A stretch of DNA of 64,000 nucleotides from an uncultured virus (IMG/VR IMGVR_UViG_3300025141_000074) (Duplodnaviria > Heunggongvirae > Uroviricota > Caudoviricetes). The notes under the pieces are model-generated. The model saw only the letters and a list, made by a program, of their open reading frames with translations, did no database searches and was not told where the DNA came from. Shown here in pieces: positions 1 to 10,099 of this stretch (its first letter is position 1; each line of letters opens with the position of its first letter). The stretch lies in the IMG/VR virus record IMGVR_UViG_3300025141_000074, one strand, 5' to 3'. The position numbers were made by a program, and so were the translations under genes.

Positions 1-1578
1 GTAGGAAAGATCAAGCCAAAACCGGTCAAGCCCGGAAAACCCGTGACGGGAAAACCGGAGGACGTCCCGGCGATGTTCTACCGCTCACGCGAGGAGATCA
101 TCAAGGGTCCCCCAATCATGAGCGGACAGCAGTGGACGGAGTTTCTTGGAAAACGTGGCATTCGGGAATCGGAAATGATGGACACGTCCATCGGACCGTG
201 GCTGAAGGCCAACAGCGGAAAGCAGGTCTCGAAGGTCGATCTCGTGCGGAAGTTTGATTCGACCGCACCCACGTTCAAGGTGGACATCCTAGGAAAGGAA
301 CACGACATTTCACCGCGATTGAAGGAGATAGTCCAGCGGATGGATCCGCAGGCGTACTCGCCTGAGGCGGGAGGAATCATACGGTTCCTTCAGCAAGGAT
401 CAAAGAATATAGGCGATCACAAGGAGATGCCGAAGTTCCTCGCTAGCACGGATGATCTTTTCGATAAGATGTACGGAATCAAGAACGTGACGTCGGAGGG
501 AATTCCCGCGACTAACGTAAGCGTCCCTTATGAGATAAAACAGCTGATGACGGACATGCTGGGGGCGACTAGAAGGCGCGGAGTCGGAATGGAGAGATCC
601 GCGTTCGTTGACACGCCCAGGTGGGAAACGTCACAGGTTCTTCCTGGAGGGTCAAATTCAAGGGAGATGCTTTTCAGGTGGAAACCGAAGGGTCCGCGTA
701 CGGCGGAGCCGACATACAAATACGCTCATGATTTTGGAGCGGCGAAAGGCGATAACGCGTTCATGCAGTTACGCGTCTCCGATCGAATCGATGAGTACGG
801 AAACAAGTTCATCTTCGTGGAGGAGATTCAGTCCGACATGCACCAGCCGATTTCGGCGGCTTTAAGAAAGATGAGAAAGCTTGAGGCGCAAGGTGACACG
901 AGTTCAGCTGCTTACAAGGAAGCGCTTAAGAAATCGCGCTACGCGCCAAGAAAGGACGTGGAGGTCGCGACGGCTAATTTGGAGCAGATGGCGAACATAC
1001 AAAGACAGATAGAAAGGCTCCTGGCGACGAATCCAAAGTCGGATAAGTTGCAGAAGCTCTACGCGGCGAAAGAGGAGATAAGGGGAATTGAAAAGGCGAA
1101 GGGCGCGGTTGGCGACCACAGCGGCGTTCCTGAAGGTCCTTTCAAGAATTCACAGGATTACATGGAATTCGCAATTAAGTATTTGCTTCGTATGGCAAAA
1201 GATGGTAAATACGACGGTGTGGCTTTTTCAACTCCGGCAATCAAGAACAGGGGATTGCTGCCGGGGGACAAAAGCTACAGGGGGAATCTAGAGGCTTATG
1301 GGCCAATTCTTAACAACGCAATCAAGAAGGTGCGTGCGAAAACAGGCGCCGACTACTTTGAAACGGCAATCCAGTCAACGCACAAGAACAGCACTGAGAA
1401 GGTCTTCTACAACGTGCCGACGCTGATGATCAAGGGAAACCCCAAAGCGGCGGAGAAGATCTCAAAAGGACTTCCGGCGTACAAGGACGGCGGACTGGCA
1501 AAGACGGTTCCGCCTAAAAGCGGACCGGAGCCGTACGGCATTTTGAATGACGTGGTTCCACCACTAGAGGTTACATAA
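1..1578 (+). CDS. Large virion-associated protein, 5'-truncated; polyvalent-protein-like C-terminal region
   Basis: Frame is open from base 1 (VGKIKPKPVKPGKPVTGK...), so the true start is upstream of the window. Contains FVEEIQSD and KDGKYDGVAF motifs and ends in YKDGG...PPKSGP. Stop overlaps the portal ATG. Confidence 0.6.
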   Translation, partial: VGKIKPKPVKPGKPVTGKPEDVPAMFYRSREEIIKGPPIMSGQQWTEFLGKRGIRESEMMDTSIGPWLKANSGKQVSKVDLVRKFDSTAPTFKVDILGKEHDISPRLKEIVQRMDPQAYSPEAGGIIRFLQQGSKNIGDHKEMPKFLASTDDLFDKMYGIKNVTSEGIPATNVSVPYEIKQLMTDMLGATRRRGVGMERSAFVDTPRWETSQVLPGGSNSREMLFRWKPKGPRTAEPTYKYAHDFGAAKGDNAFMQLRVSDRIDEYGNKFIFVEEIQSDMHQPISAALRKMRKLEAQGDTSSAAYKEALKKSRYAPRKDVEVATANLEQMANIQRQIERLLATNPKSDKLQKLYAAKEEIRGIEKAKGAVGDHSGVPEGPFKNSQDYMEFAIKYLLRMAKDGKYDGVAFSTPAIKNRGLLPGDKSYRGNLEAYGPILNNAIKKVRAKTGADYFETAIQSTHKNSTEKVFYNVPTLMIKGNPKAAEKISKGLPAYKDGGLAKTVPPKSGPEPYGILNDVVPPLEVT

Positions 1579-4124
1579 TGGCAAAAAGAAAGAATCCAAA
1601 AAATAACATAGACAAGGCGATGGAGGCATTGCAGGGCGCACTCGACATGGACGGAGTGGGTCAGGAGATACAGCTGCCGGAACAGGTGGTTGATTTCGAA
1701 TCGGACGTTGAATTGACGGAGACACCTGACGGTGGAGCCGAGGTCAATTTCGATCCGAACGCCCCCGTTGATAAGTCACAAATTCCTTTCGACGGAAACC
1801 TCGCGGATTACGTCGATGAGTCAAAGTTAGGCAAATTCTCAAGTGATTTGCTTGCAGCATTCGAAGCGGACAGGGAGTCAAGGAAGGACTGGGAAGACAC
1901 CTACGTCAAAGGACTTGACATGCTCGGTTTCAAATATGAAAACCGAACCCAGCCCTTCGAAGGTGCGTCAGGGGTCGTACATCCTTTATTGGCTGAATCT
2001 GTAACGCAGTTTCAAGCCCAAGCATATAAGGAACTTCTCCCCCCAAGCGGCCCCGTACGTACCCAAGTCATCGGATTGCAGACTCCTGAAATAATGGAGC
2101 AGGCGAAACGAGTGCAGGAATTTATGAATTATCAAATCACGACGGTGATGAAGGAATTTGATCCAGAGATGGATCAGCTTCTTTTCTATCTGCCGTTGGC
2201 CGGCTCAGCGTTCAAGAAGGTCTATTATGACCCAATCTTGGCACGCGCCGTATCCAAGTTCGTAACGGGCGAGGATCTTATTATTAATTATATGGCAACG
2301 GACCTGGAATCTGCAGAACGTGTTACACACATAATAAAGATGAACAACAACGAGCTGCGTAAAATGCAGGTGAGCCAATTTTATCGCGACGTCGAGGTTC
2401 CGACAGGAACCGTCGATCCGTCGGAGGTCACCGAAAAGGTGAATACATTGGAGGGCGTGCAGAAGGAATACGCCTCCGATGATGACGAACATGAAATCCT
2501 GGAGATGCATGTCAACGCTGACGTGCCGGGATTCGAGAATGAAAACGGCATCAAGATGCCGTACATCATCACCATTGACAAGTTTTCACAAATCGTCCTG
2601 TCCATAAGAAGAAACTGGAAGGAAGATGACAAGGACGTTCACAAGACTTCTTATTTTGTACACTACAAGTTCCTCCCAGGACTGGGCTTTTACGGCTTCG
2701 GTCTCATACACATGCTGGGTGGGTTATCGCGAACAGCAACAAGTGTTTTGCGGCAGTTAATTGATGCTGGCACACTCGCGAACCTTCCAGCAGGCTTCAA
2801 GGCGCGTGGAATGCGAATACGCGACCATGACGAGCCATTGCAGCCGGGGGAATTCAGGGACGTGGACGTGACGGGAACTTCCATCAAGGAATCACTCCTT
2901 CCACTTCCTTACAAGGAGCCTTCACAGGTTCTATTCGCTTTACTGGGATTCGCGGTTGACGCGGGAAAATCATTCGCGGCGATCGCCGACATGAAGCTTG
3001 GTGAAGGGAACGAACAGAATCCGGTTGGAACCACACTCGCTTTATTGGAGCGTGGAACTAAAGTCATGAGCGCGATTCACAAGCGCTGCCATTACGCGCA
3101 GAGGGGCGAGTTCGCTCTTCTCGCAAAGGTCTTCCAGCTGTATCTTCCACCGGAATATCCTTATCAGGTTGTAGGTGGGGATAGAAAGATCAAGCAGTCG
3201 GACTTTGATGACCGTGTGGACATCCTGCCGATTTCCGATCCGAACATCTTTTCAATGGCGCAGCGAATCACGCTGGCGCAGCAGCAATTACAACTGGCGA
3301 CAATGGCGCCGCAGCTTCACAATATACGCGAGGCGTATCGAAGAATGTATCAGGCGATGGGGGTTGACAACGTTGACGCCATACTTAAACCTGATCCGGA
3401 GCAGCCGGAACCAACGGGGCCGGCGACTGAGAATGCAATGGCGATGAAGGGAAAAGCCCCTAAGGCGTTTCCGTTCCAGGACCATTCAGCGCACATACAA
3501 GGACACTCTGAATTCATGTTCACGCGCATGGTGCAGATCAATCCGCAGCTTTACTCAATACTGCAGTCGCACATATCAGAGCACATTGCCTTGATGGCGG
3601 GACAGCAGATTCAGGAACAATATAAACAACAGTTTCAACAGCTGCAGCAGGCGATGCAACAGGCGCAGCAGAATCCACAGGCGCAGCAGCAAGTGCAGCA
3701 GATGCAACAACAGATGGAACAGCTGACGAACGAGATGGCGGCGAAACAGGCGCAGCTCGAAGCTAAACTGACCGCGCAACTGTCACAGGATGAAGAGGCG
3801 CGAATGAGCAAGGAGCCTAAGGATCCACTCGTGAAACTGAAGCAGCAGGAAATTGACTTGCGGGCGGCTGAAGTTCAGGCTAAGATGCAGAAAGACATGA
3901 TCATGGATTCAGAGAAGATGGATCTTGAACGTGACAAGCTTGAAACACAGACAAGCATTGACATCATGAAAATGGCGACAGAAACTGATAAGCAGCAAAA
4001 CGCCGAAGCAATGGCTATGATGAAGGAGAACATCATCACTTCCAGAGAGGCAATGAAGGAACAATCAAATGAAAGAATCGCAAAAAACAAGGGAAATGGA
4101 CAGGGCACTAATAAAAATAAGTGA
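1578..4124 (+). CDS. Portal protein (P22-like, long Gln-rich C-terminal coiled coil)
   Basis: 848 aa. Motifs SRKDWEDTYVKGLDMLG, HPLLAESVTQFQA, LPLAGSAFKKVYYD, FLPGLGFYGFGL. Lies upstream of the head genes. Confidence 0.9.
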   Translation: MAKRKNPKNNIDKAMEALQGALDMDGVGQEIQLPEQVVDFESDVELTETPDGGAEVNFDPNAPVDKSQIPFDGNLADYVDESKLGKFSSDLLAAFEADRESRKDWEDTYVKGLDMLGFKYENRTQPFEGASGVVHPLLAESVTQFQAQAYKELLPPSGPVRTQVIGLQTPEIMEQAKRVQEFMNYQITTVMKEFDPEMDQLLFYLPLAGSAFKKVYYDPILARAVSKFVTGEDLIINYMATDLESAERVTHIIKMNNNELRKMQVSQFYRDVEVPTGTVDPSEVTEKVNTLEGVQKEYASDDDEHEILEMHVNADVPGFENENGIKMPYIITIDKFSQIVLSIRRNWKEDDKDVHKTSYFVHYKFLPGLGFYGFGLIHMLGGLSRTATSVLRQLIDAGTLANLPAGFKARGMRIRDHDEPLQPGEFRDVDVTGTSIKESLLPLPYKEPSQVLFALLGFAVDAGKSFAAIADMKLGEGNEQNPVGTTLALLERGTKVMSAIHKRCHYAQRGEFALLAKVFQLYLPPEYPYQVVGGDRKIKQSDFDDRVDILPISDPNIFSMAQRITLAQQQLQLATMAPQLHNIREAYRRMYQAMGVDNVDAILKPDPEQPEPTGPATENAMAMKGKAPKAFPFQDHSAHIQGHSEFMFTRMVQINPQLYSILQSHISEHIALMAGQQIQEQYKQQFQQLQQAMQQAQQNPQAQQQVQQMQQQMEQLTNEMAAKQAQLEAKLTAQLSQDEEARMSKEPKDPLVKLKQQEIDLRAAEVQAKMQKDMIMDSEKMDLERDKLETQTSIDIMKMATETDKQQNAEAMAMMKENIITSREAMKEQSNERIAKNKGNGQGTNKNK

Positions 4125-4347
4125 CAGCATGAAGAAAATTGAGGATCTCGTTCGAAGCGAGATCAAGACTCAGGAAGACTACATGCTCGTGTGCTCGTCA
4201 CTCATGGCGGTCACGCGCAACATGTATGCTGACTCCTTGGGACCGCACGACACGGCAAGAATGTTCCAGGCGGTAGCCGACAGTTTCCACGCCGTTGAGG
4301 AATTCTTAGGTCAATTCAGGCCTGAAGAAAAACCAACCATACATTAG
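4069..4347 (+). CDS. Hypothetical protein
   Basis: ORF following the portal, C-terminus KPTIH. Start may be the later ATG (MDRALIK). Confidence 0.6.
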   Translation: MKESQKTREMDRALIKISDSMKKIEDLVRSEIKTQEDYMLVCSSLMAVTRNMYADSLGPHDTARMFQAVADSFHAVEEFLGQFRPEEKPTIH

Positions 4348-4355
4348 GAGATATC

Positions 4356-4523
4356 ATGCCGTTCAAGTCAGAAAAACAAAGAAAGTACTTATGGGCGAAA
4401 GAGCCTCAGATCGCCGAGAAGTGGACGAAAGAGCATGGAAGCAAGATAGTTAAGAATAAAGGGGGCGTTGTAAGCCCCAAAGGAATGGGACTTCGGTCCA
4501 GATGGCTAAAGGAGGAAAAATAA
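4356..4523 (+). CDS. Small basic protein MPFKSEKQRKYLWAKEPQIAEKW... (55 aa, not in ORF track)
   Basis: AGGAG RBS, ATG 4356, TAA 4521-4523 abutting the next ATG. Contains NKGG. Confidence 0.75.
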   Translation: MPFKSEKQRKYLWAKEPQIAEKWTKEHGSKIVKNKGGVVSPKGMGLRSRWLKEEK

Positions 4524-4724
4524 ATGCCAACAGTAGGAAGTAAAAAGTTTCCCTATACGTCTTCAGGCGTCAAACAGGCGCAGGATTTTGCCAAGAATAC
4601 AGGGCAGAAACTGCAGATGATTAAAAAAGGGGGAAAGGTCAAGAAGCTTAAGAAAGGCGGAAAGACCAAGAGGAAACACCATGGAGGTCGAGTAAGTGGT
4701 GGGATGAAAGATAAACAATGTTAA
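4524..4724 (+). CDS. Small Lys-rich protein with repeated KKGG
   Basis: GGAGG RBS; KKGG twice and HHGG. Confidence 0.7.
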   Translation: MPTVGSKKFPYTSSGVKQAQDFAKNTGQKLQMIKKGGKVKKLKKGGKTKRKHHGGRVSGGMKDKQC

Positions 4725-4737
4725 CAAGGAGGTAGAC

Positions 4738-4872
4738 ATGAATTTATTAAAAGATTTATGGGGACATCTCAAAGAATGGAATGAATGGAAATTGAAGGAC
4801 TGGATAAAAGCCGGAATTTTAGTGGTCATAATTCTTGTTGTCCTTAAAATCATAATTTTACCAGGTGCATAA
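4738..4872 (+). CDS. Small membrane protein (44 aa, not in ORF track)
   Basis: AGGAGG RBS; MNLLKDLWGHLKEWNEWKLKDWIKAGILVVIILVVLKIIILPGA; stop overlaps the next ATG. Confidence 0.7.
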   Translation: MNLLKDLWGHLKEWNEWKLKDWIKAGILVVIILVVLKIIILPGA

Positions 4873-6041
4873 TGGTCACATTCACGGATAGGGACGATAG
4901 AAGATCAGCGCATTTGCGCAATCGAGCTATTCAAAATGCTAACGCAGTAAGGGAACGTCGAGCCACTCTGGAGAACCCGGATTGGCTGATGTCCCGTCCT
5001 GCTGATTGGTATACAGAGCTAGACACTCAAGGAGAGCCAAGTAATTGGAGAGCGGCTAAAAATGTTTTACAACATAGACCGGCTGTTACGACTGATATGA
5101 ATGAACAGCGTAACATGTTTCAAATGTTGGCGAATCAGGCAAAAGGTGGTGACCGTGGCGCACGTCTCATTGATACGAGAGACCTTCCTGCGGGTGCACG
5201 AAGAACGGGGAGAACAATGTTTCAAGACCCCTCTAGGGCCCAAGGTTTCCTTGGCGATGTAGGGTCTTTATTTAGTGGCAATAATAGAGCCGCGGTCTAT
5301 GCAGACGAATACAATCCTTTCCCAAAAGCCGGTTTTGGAAAGGACTGGTATAGGGATCAATTCCCCATTGCCTCCGGACTAGGGTCCTTGATGGAAGGAG
5401 CGGAGAATTTTATTCCAGGTGCTACCTGGGCAAAACAATTTTTACCTAAAAGTAAGAGATTGCCTTTGGAGCGCGATCTTAGCTGGGTTCCGGAAGGTGT
5501 CGGAGAATATGATAAAATTCCTGAAATACCTTTCTTGGAAGACCTGACAGAGACGATTGAAGAGGAGACGATTGACGACCGCATTCCTCGGGGGCCGTTT
5601 CCTCCTGGAATCGCTTATCCTGGTTACAACGCGGATATTACCATTACGGATTTACCACCTGAAACTTTTGAGAAACCAACAGACGAGATATTCAATGAAG
5701 AAGTATTTAATAAAGTATTTACACTTCCAGATCCAACTGGCTTCACTAATTTTCCATATGCGTTTGAGGGACCATGGGATTTATTTAAAGCAGCAAAAGA
5801 AAATATGGAAGAAGGTGAATGGACTGACCAAGAACTTTTAGATCGTTTACTTAAAACAGGGTATTTAATAAATAAAACAGGTGGAGAGGATTTGATTTCT
5901 GACATTAATTTAACCGAAGATGATTTTGAAGGAGTTGCATTCGATTTTGATAAAAATTTAGAAGATCAAGCAGAAGCATTAAATGAAATAGAAAGATTAA
6001 AAAATATTCAGAGGGACAATAATTTGTTGTTTGATATATAA
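4872..6041 (+). CDS. Hypothetical protein with acidic C-terminal half
   Basis: 389-aa ORF, translationally coupled on both sides. Confidence 0.7.
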   Translation: MVTFTDRDDRRSAHLRNRAIQNANAVRERRATLENPDWLMSRPADWYTELDTQGEPSNWRAAKNVLQHRPAVTTDMNEQRNMFQMLANQAKGGDRGARLIDTRDLPAGARRTGRTMFQDPSRAQGFLGDVGSLFSGNNRAAVYADEYNPFPKAGFGKDWYRDQFPIASGLGSLMEGAENFIPGATWAKQFLPKSKRLPLERDLSWVPEGVGEYDKIPEIPFLEDLTETIEEETIDDRIPRGPFPPGIAYPGYNADITITDLPPETFEKPTDEIFNEEVFNKVFTLPDPTGFTNFPYAFEGPWDLFKAAKENMEEGEWTDQELLDRLLKTGYLINKTGGEDLISDINLTEDDFEGVAFDFDKNLEDQAEALNEIERLKNIQRDNNLLFDI

Positions 6042-6829
6042 TGCCAGGTGGATTCGGAACATCAGGACCATGGGGTTCCTCAGGAGACAGTTATGTTGGC
6101 GGTTCATCTCCAAGTAATTCTCCGGGTCATCCTAGTAACAATAATTTTGGATGGGCTCCTCCTAGTAACAATAATTTTGGATGGGGAAATGACCCACAAG
6201 GAGAATTTGGAGATTCCCCCACAGTAATTCAAGAATCTGAAGATGATTATTATGAGGACGATGGTTATTGGGATCCCCCTGTAGGAACTGATCCGCCTAT
6301 AAATTATGTTCCAGGGCAGACTTCTGATGTAGAAGATTTTATAAGCGCATATGGTGGTCTAAGCTATGACTGGGTAGACCCTGATAGTGCTTTTTTTACA
6401 GAAGACATATGGGGTAATCCACTACCGGACCACGGAGACGATTGGTATACTGGTGGGGGATTATGGAATCCTTTTTATGCTGGTGAGGATCCTAACACAG
6501 GACAACCCATCTGGTTAACTGAAAGTCAATTTCATGACATGATGAATTATGGAGAAGGGGGTTTCCCTTGGGAGACTGAGGTTCAGACTGGCGTTGACGG
6601 ACCAGTTGGTCCCAACTGGGGAGGCTGGAGCTGGCCAGGTGGTGGCAATTATGGCGGTTCTATAGCTGATCTAGGTGGGATTATGGCAAGAAGGTGGAAT
6701 ACTTTAATGAAAAACAGGGGAAATTTTAATTCATCAATGCCTGAATATTACGCATCTCTCAAAAACCCCGGACAACCACGAAATCAAGAAATGTTTGAGA
6801 ATATGATGGCGAATATACACAGAGTATGA
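6041..6829 (+). CDS. Gly/Pro/Asp/Trp-rich hypothetical protein
   Basis: 262-aa coupled ORF; low complexity. Confidence 0.7.
   Translation: MPGGFGTSGPWGSSGDSYVGGSSPSNSPGHPSNNNFGWAPPSNNNFGWGNDPQGEFGDSPTVIQESEDDYYEDDGYWDPPVGTDPPINYVPGQTSDVEDFISAYGGLSYDWVDPDSAFFTEDIWGNPLPDHGDDWYTGGGLWNPFYAGEDPNTGQPIWLTESQFHDMMNYGEGGFPWETEVQTGVDGPVGPNWGGWSWPGGGNYGGSIADLGGIMARRWNTLMKNRGNFNSSMPEYYASLKNPGQPRNQEMFENMMANIHRV
6130..6185 (+). repeat. 26-bp in-frame direct repeat, 30-bp period (PSNNNFGW x2)
   Basis: TCCTAGTAACAATAATTTTGGATGGG at 6130 and 6160. Confidence 0.9.
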
Positions 6830-6879
6830 TAAGTGTGAGGAAATATGTATAATAATGGTATAAGGAGTTTAGGATAAAT

Positions 6880-7272
6880 ATGTTACAATTATTAATTAAA
6901 CCATTACTAGGCGTTGCTGGACAAGCGGTTTCCGGTTTCATAGAAACCAAGAAAGCGAAGGCCGAGAACAAGCTCACAGAAATAAAAGCTAATACTAAAT
7001 TGAAACAGCAACAGATCGCCGGCGAAGTATCGTGGGAAGCGTCTGCTGTTGATCAAATGAAGGGAAGCTGGAAAGACGAATTCGTTTTGCTTGCCTTAAT
7101 GATTCCAGCAATTTTGGTCTTCATTCCTGGAATGACAGAACACGTGGAACGAGGCTTTGAGGCACTCCATAAATTGCCGGATTATTATAAGCACCTCTTA
7201 TATTTAAGCTGCAGCGTCAGCATGGGCGTGAGAATGGCTCCTGGTGTTAAAGGATTATTTAAGAAAAAATGA
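6880..7272 (+). CDS. Putative holin (3TM-holin-like membrane protein)
   Basis: N-terminal amphipathic segment, SWKDEF motif followed by a TM helix, basic C-terminus. Confidence 0.55.
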   Translation: MLQLLIKPLLGVAGQAVSGFIETKKAKAENKLTEIKANTKLKQQQIAGEVSWEASAVDQMKGSWKDEFVLLALMIPAILVFIPGMTEHVERGFEALHKLPDYYKHLLYLSCSVSMGVRMAPGVKGLFKKK

Positions 7273-7502
7273 TTTCACCAGAGCGTCTTAGTGCGTGGAG
7301 AATATTTCCACGTTTATTAATTACATTATATGGTGTTGCTTTTTGGCGCACTACAGAGTGGTTTATGCAACTTCCTGATCCGACAAACGCCCAATCGGCC
7401 TTTGTTTCGGTGATTGTAGGTGCAGGAGCAGCATGGTTTGGACTCTATGTGGGAGGAACGAAACATGCAAAAATTATAACTAAAGTGGAAAACAAGGATT
7501 AG
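7269..7502 (+). CDS. Two-TM membrane protein, possibly lysis-associated
   Basis: WRIFPRLL motif and two hydrophobic helices; overlaps the upstream stop. Confidence 0.6.
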   Translation: MISPERLSAWRIFPRLLITLYGVAFWRTTEWFMQLPDPTNAQSAFVSVIVGAGAAWFGLYVGGTKHAKIITKVENKD

Positions 7503-7549
7503 TATTGACAAATACTGGTCTTTAAAGTAAACACCCATAAGGAGAAAAA

Positions 7550-7897
7550 ATGGTTGGAAAAATACACTCAAGACCGGAAGCACGTAAAACACCAGGCAAG
7601 AAATTTGGAACTACTACCTATAAAAAAGGTGGAGTAACAAAAAAAGCTACGGGTGGAAAAATTAAAAAAATGATGGCCGGTGGACCAATGAAACAAGGCT
7701 ATAACGCCAGACTCGATGAGTCATTAGGAGCAAGACATCCAGGAGCTAGCGGTTCTATGGCTGGCAGACGTGCCATGAGTAAAGGCATGGAAACAGCGAT
7801 GGGAAATCCTGCTTATTCAGGAGCTCAAACTATGGCTAAAAAAGGTGGCAAAATTAGTAAAAAAATGCACGGTGGTAAGGTAAAAAAGAAAAAATAG
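7550..7897 (+). CDS. Basic protein with repeated xxGG motifs
   Basis: AGGAG RBS; YKKGG, ATGG, MMAGG, KKGG, MHGG. Confidence 0.75.
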   Translation: MVGKIHSRPEARKTPGKKFGTTTYKKGGVTKKATGGKIKKMMAGGPMKQGYNARLDESLGARHPGASGSMAGRRAMSKGMETAMGNPAYSGAQTMAKKGGKISKKMHGGKVKKKK

Positions 7898-8094
7898 TGG
7901 AAGAAACCAAAGCCATTTATCGGATCTTGAAAAAGATTCGTGGACGACGTGAAGAACTGAAAGAAGTCATTGCAGCCGGATTGCCCAGCTGGGATGAATA
8001 TAACAAAACCGTAGGGGAATTTAAAGCCTACGCAATTATGGAACAGGAAATACAAGACCTGCAGAAAGATTATGACGGAGATACCAGCACGTAG
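7897..8094 (+). CDS. Small head-module hypothetical protein
   Basis: GTG start overlapping the previous stop; immediately upstream of GroES. Confidence 0.65.
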   Translation: MEETKAIYRILKKIRGRREELKEVIAAGLPSWDEYNKTVGEFKAYAIMEQEIQDLQKDYDGDTST

Positions 8095-8569
8095 ATTTGC
8101 CCTCGAAGAAAAAGATTTATCAGAAGAGGCAAACGAAAATAACAAAGTAGCGGAAGACAAAGAAAACCGCTTTCTTAAAAAAATTCAAGCAGAAGCAACA
8201 GACAAAATAGAGCACCTTCCTACCGATAAGGTATTAGAACGTTTACCTGACCCAACTGGATGGAGGCTTCTTATTCTCCCATACAAAGGCCAAGGAAAAA
8301 CAAAGGGTGGAATAATACTGTCTGATGAGACAATAGAGGAGAGGGGATATACAACCGTTACTGGTTTAGTCCTAAAAGTTGGGCCCGATGCCTACAAAGA
8401 TGAAAAGAGATTTCCAGGTGGACCCTGGTGTAAGAAAAATGACTGGATTATATTCGGTCGTTACGCCGGTTCAAGATTTGGAATAGAAGGTGGTGAAGTG
8501 AGAATATTAAATGATGACGAGATAATCGCTGTGGTAAAAGACCCAGAGGATATCTTGCAGTATAAATAA
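8072..8569 (+). CDS. groES: Co-chaperonin GroES (Cpn10) with N-terminal extension
   Basis: PTGWRLLI...KTKGGIIL...VLKVGP...FGRYAG...RILNDDEIIAV matches the Cpn10 pattern. Confidence 0.9.
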   Translation: MTEIPARRFALEEKDLSEEANENNKVAEDKENRFLKKIQAEATDKIEHLPTDKVLERLPDPTGWRLLILPYKGQGKTKGGIILSDETIEERGYTTVTGLVLKVGPDAYKDEKRFPGGPWCKKNDWIIFGRYAGSRFGIEGGEVRILNDDEIIAVVKDPEDILQYK

Positions 8570-8580
8570 CAGGAGGATAT

Positions 8581-9540
8581 ATGCCTGCAGAAACTCAAAC
8601 GAAAGTAGAGCCACAATCAGAAGCAGACGCAAAGATGGTTGACCTTCCATCGGAAGGGACACACATTGATGTGGAGCTTCCCAAACAAACGGAAAAAAGA
8701 GTTAATCCTGATTCAGAACCGGAGGCAGTTGAGACGGAAGTTATAACAGACTCTCAAACAGCTTCTACTGAAGACATGGAGGATTACGGGAAAAAGGTTC
8801 AATCCCGTATTGATAAATTAACAAAGAAATTACGAGAATCAGAAAGACGTGAACAGGCTGCCATTGAGTATGCGCAAGGAGTGCAAACTGATGCACAGAA
8901 AATGCGCTACAAGGCAAAAAGCCTTGATACTGGTTACATTAATGAATTCGCTGGACGTGTTGAAGCACAAACTGAGGAAGCTAAAAAAGCTTTAAAAGCA
9001 GCTGTTGAACTAGGTGATAGTGATGCACAAGTTGATGCACAGCAAAAACTGGCGCGTTTGGCCATTGAGTCAGAGCGTGTCAAGTCAACACAAGCACAAC
9101 GTGAAAGGTTGAAAAAGGAAATGGTGGCACGAGGAGTTAACCCAAATCAGCCCCAAATGCCTAGACAACCACAGTACCAGCAAGCACCACCACCCCCACC
9201 TCCTCCTGATCCAAAGGCGGAAGACTGGGCGGATAAGAACAAGTGGTTTGGTGAAGATGAACCAATGACCTTGACATCTTTCTCAATTCATCGTAAACTG
9301 ATGGAAGAAGGATTTGACCCCACGTCCGATATGTACTATAATGAAATAGACAAACGGATGAAGGATACATTTCCTCATAAGTTTGAACAAGTTTCGCCTA
9401 CTCAAATGGTTGCCTCTGCTAACAGAGGTGGACCCATTAAAGGGCGCCGTGGCACTGTGAGACTCACACCCTCACAAGTAGCTATATCAAAAAAATTAGG
9501 TGTGCCACTAAGCGAATATGCGAAGTACGTGAAGGAGTAG
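8581..9540 (+). CDS. Putative capsid scaffolding protein
   Basis: Acidic N-terminus, coiled coil, poly-Pro linker, C-terminal LTPSQVAISKKLGVPLSEYAK; upstream of the capsid genes. Confidence 0.65.
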   Translation: MPAETQTKVEPQSEADAKMVDLPSEGTHIDVELPKQTEKRVNPDSEPEAVETEVITDSQTASTEDMEDYGKKVQSRIDKLTKKLRESERREQAAIEYAQGVQTDAQKMRYKAKSLDTGYINEFAGRVEAQTEEAKKALKAAVELGDSDAQVDAQQKLARLAIESERVKSTQAQRERLKKEMVARGVNPNQPQMPRQPQYQQAPPPPPPPDPKAEDWADKNKWFGEDEPMTLTSFSIHRKLMEEGFDPTSDMYYNEIDKRMKDTFPHKFEQVSPTQMVASANRGGPIKGRRGTVRLTPSQVAISKKLGVPLSEYAKYVKE

Positions 9541-9544
9541 GCAT

Positions 9545-10021
9545 ATGATTATGAAAACACAAACGAATAATAAACTACCATCACGCGAGTCTGAAACCCG
9601 AGAGAAAGTTTCTCGAAGGAAACCATGGGCTCCGCCGTCACAACTAGACGCACCACCTGCGCCAGCTGGCTTTGTCCATCGCTGGATAAGGGCTGAATCT
9701 GTAGGACAGATGGATCAAAAAAATGTATCCGCTAGACTACGCGAAGGTTGGGAATTTGTCCGAGGGGATCAATATCCTGATACTGAATGGCCCCAAATTG
9801 ATTCAGGTAAATATAATGGTGTTATAGCTGTTGGAGGTTTAATGCTAGCGCGAATTCCTCAGGAAACCGTTAAAGAACGCTCAGCTCATTTTGCACAATT
9901 AACGCAAGATAAAGATGATGCAATCGCCAACGACCCTTTGAAGGATCAACATCCTAGCATGCCCGTACAAAATGAAAGCCGGGCATCTCGCGTAACATTT
10001 GGTGGCAAGAAACCTAATTAA
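9545..10021 (+). CDS. Head-module hypothetical protein
   Basis: WAPPSQLDAPPAPAGFVHRWIR...LREGWEFV; located between scaffold and capsid. Confidence 0.7.
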   Translation: MIMKTQTNNKLPSRESETREKVSRRKPWAPPSQLDAPPAPAGFVHRWIRAESVGQMDQKNVSARLREGWEFVRGDQYPDTEWPQIDSGKYNGVIAVGGLMLARIPQETVKERSAHFAQLTQDKDDAIANDPLKDQHPSMPVQNESRASRVTFGGKKPN

Positions 10022-10099
10022 GTTTCCTCGCACATAAGTTACACAATTTTTACACACTCATGAGGGGTGTGTAATAACAATTTACTATGAGGAAAAATC

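Noticed and set aside
3600..3790. CAG-rich repeat in the portal gene
   Set aside because: It encodes the Gln-rich coiled coil of the portal C-terminus and is not an independent DNA repeat.
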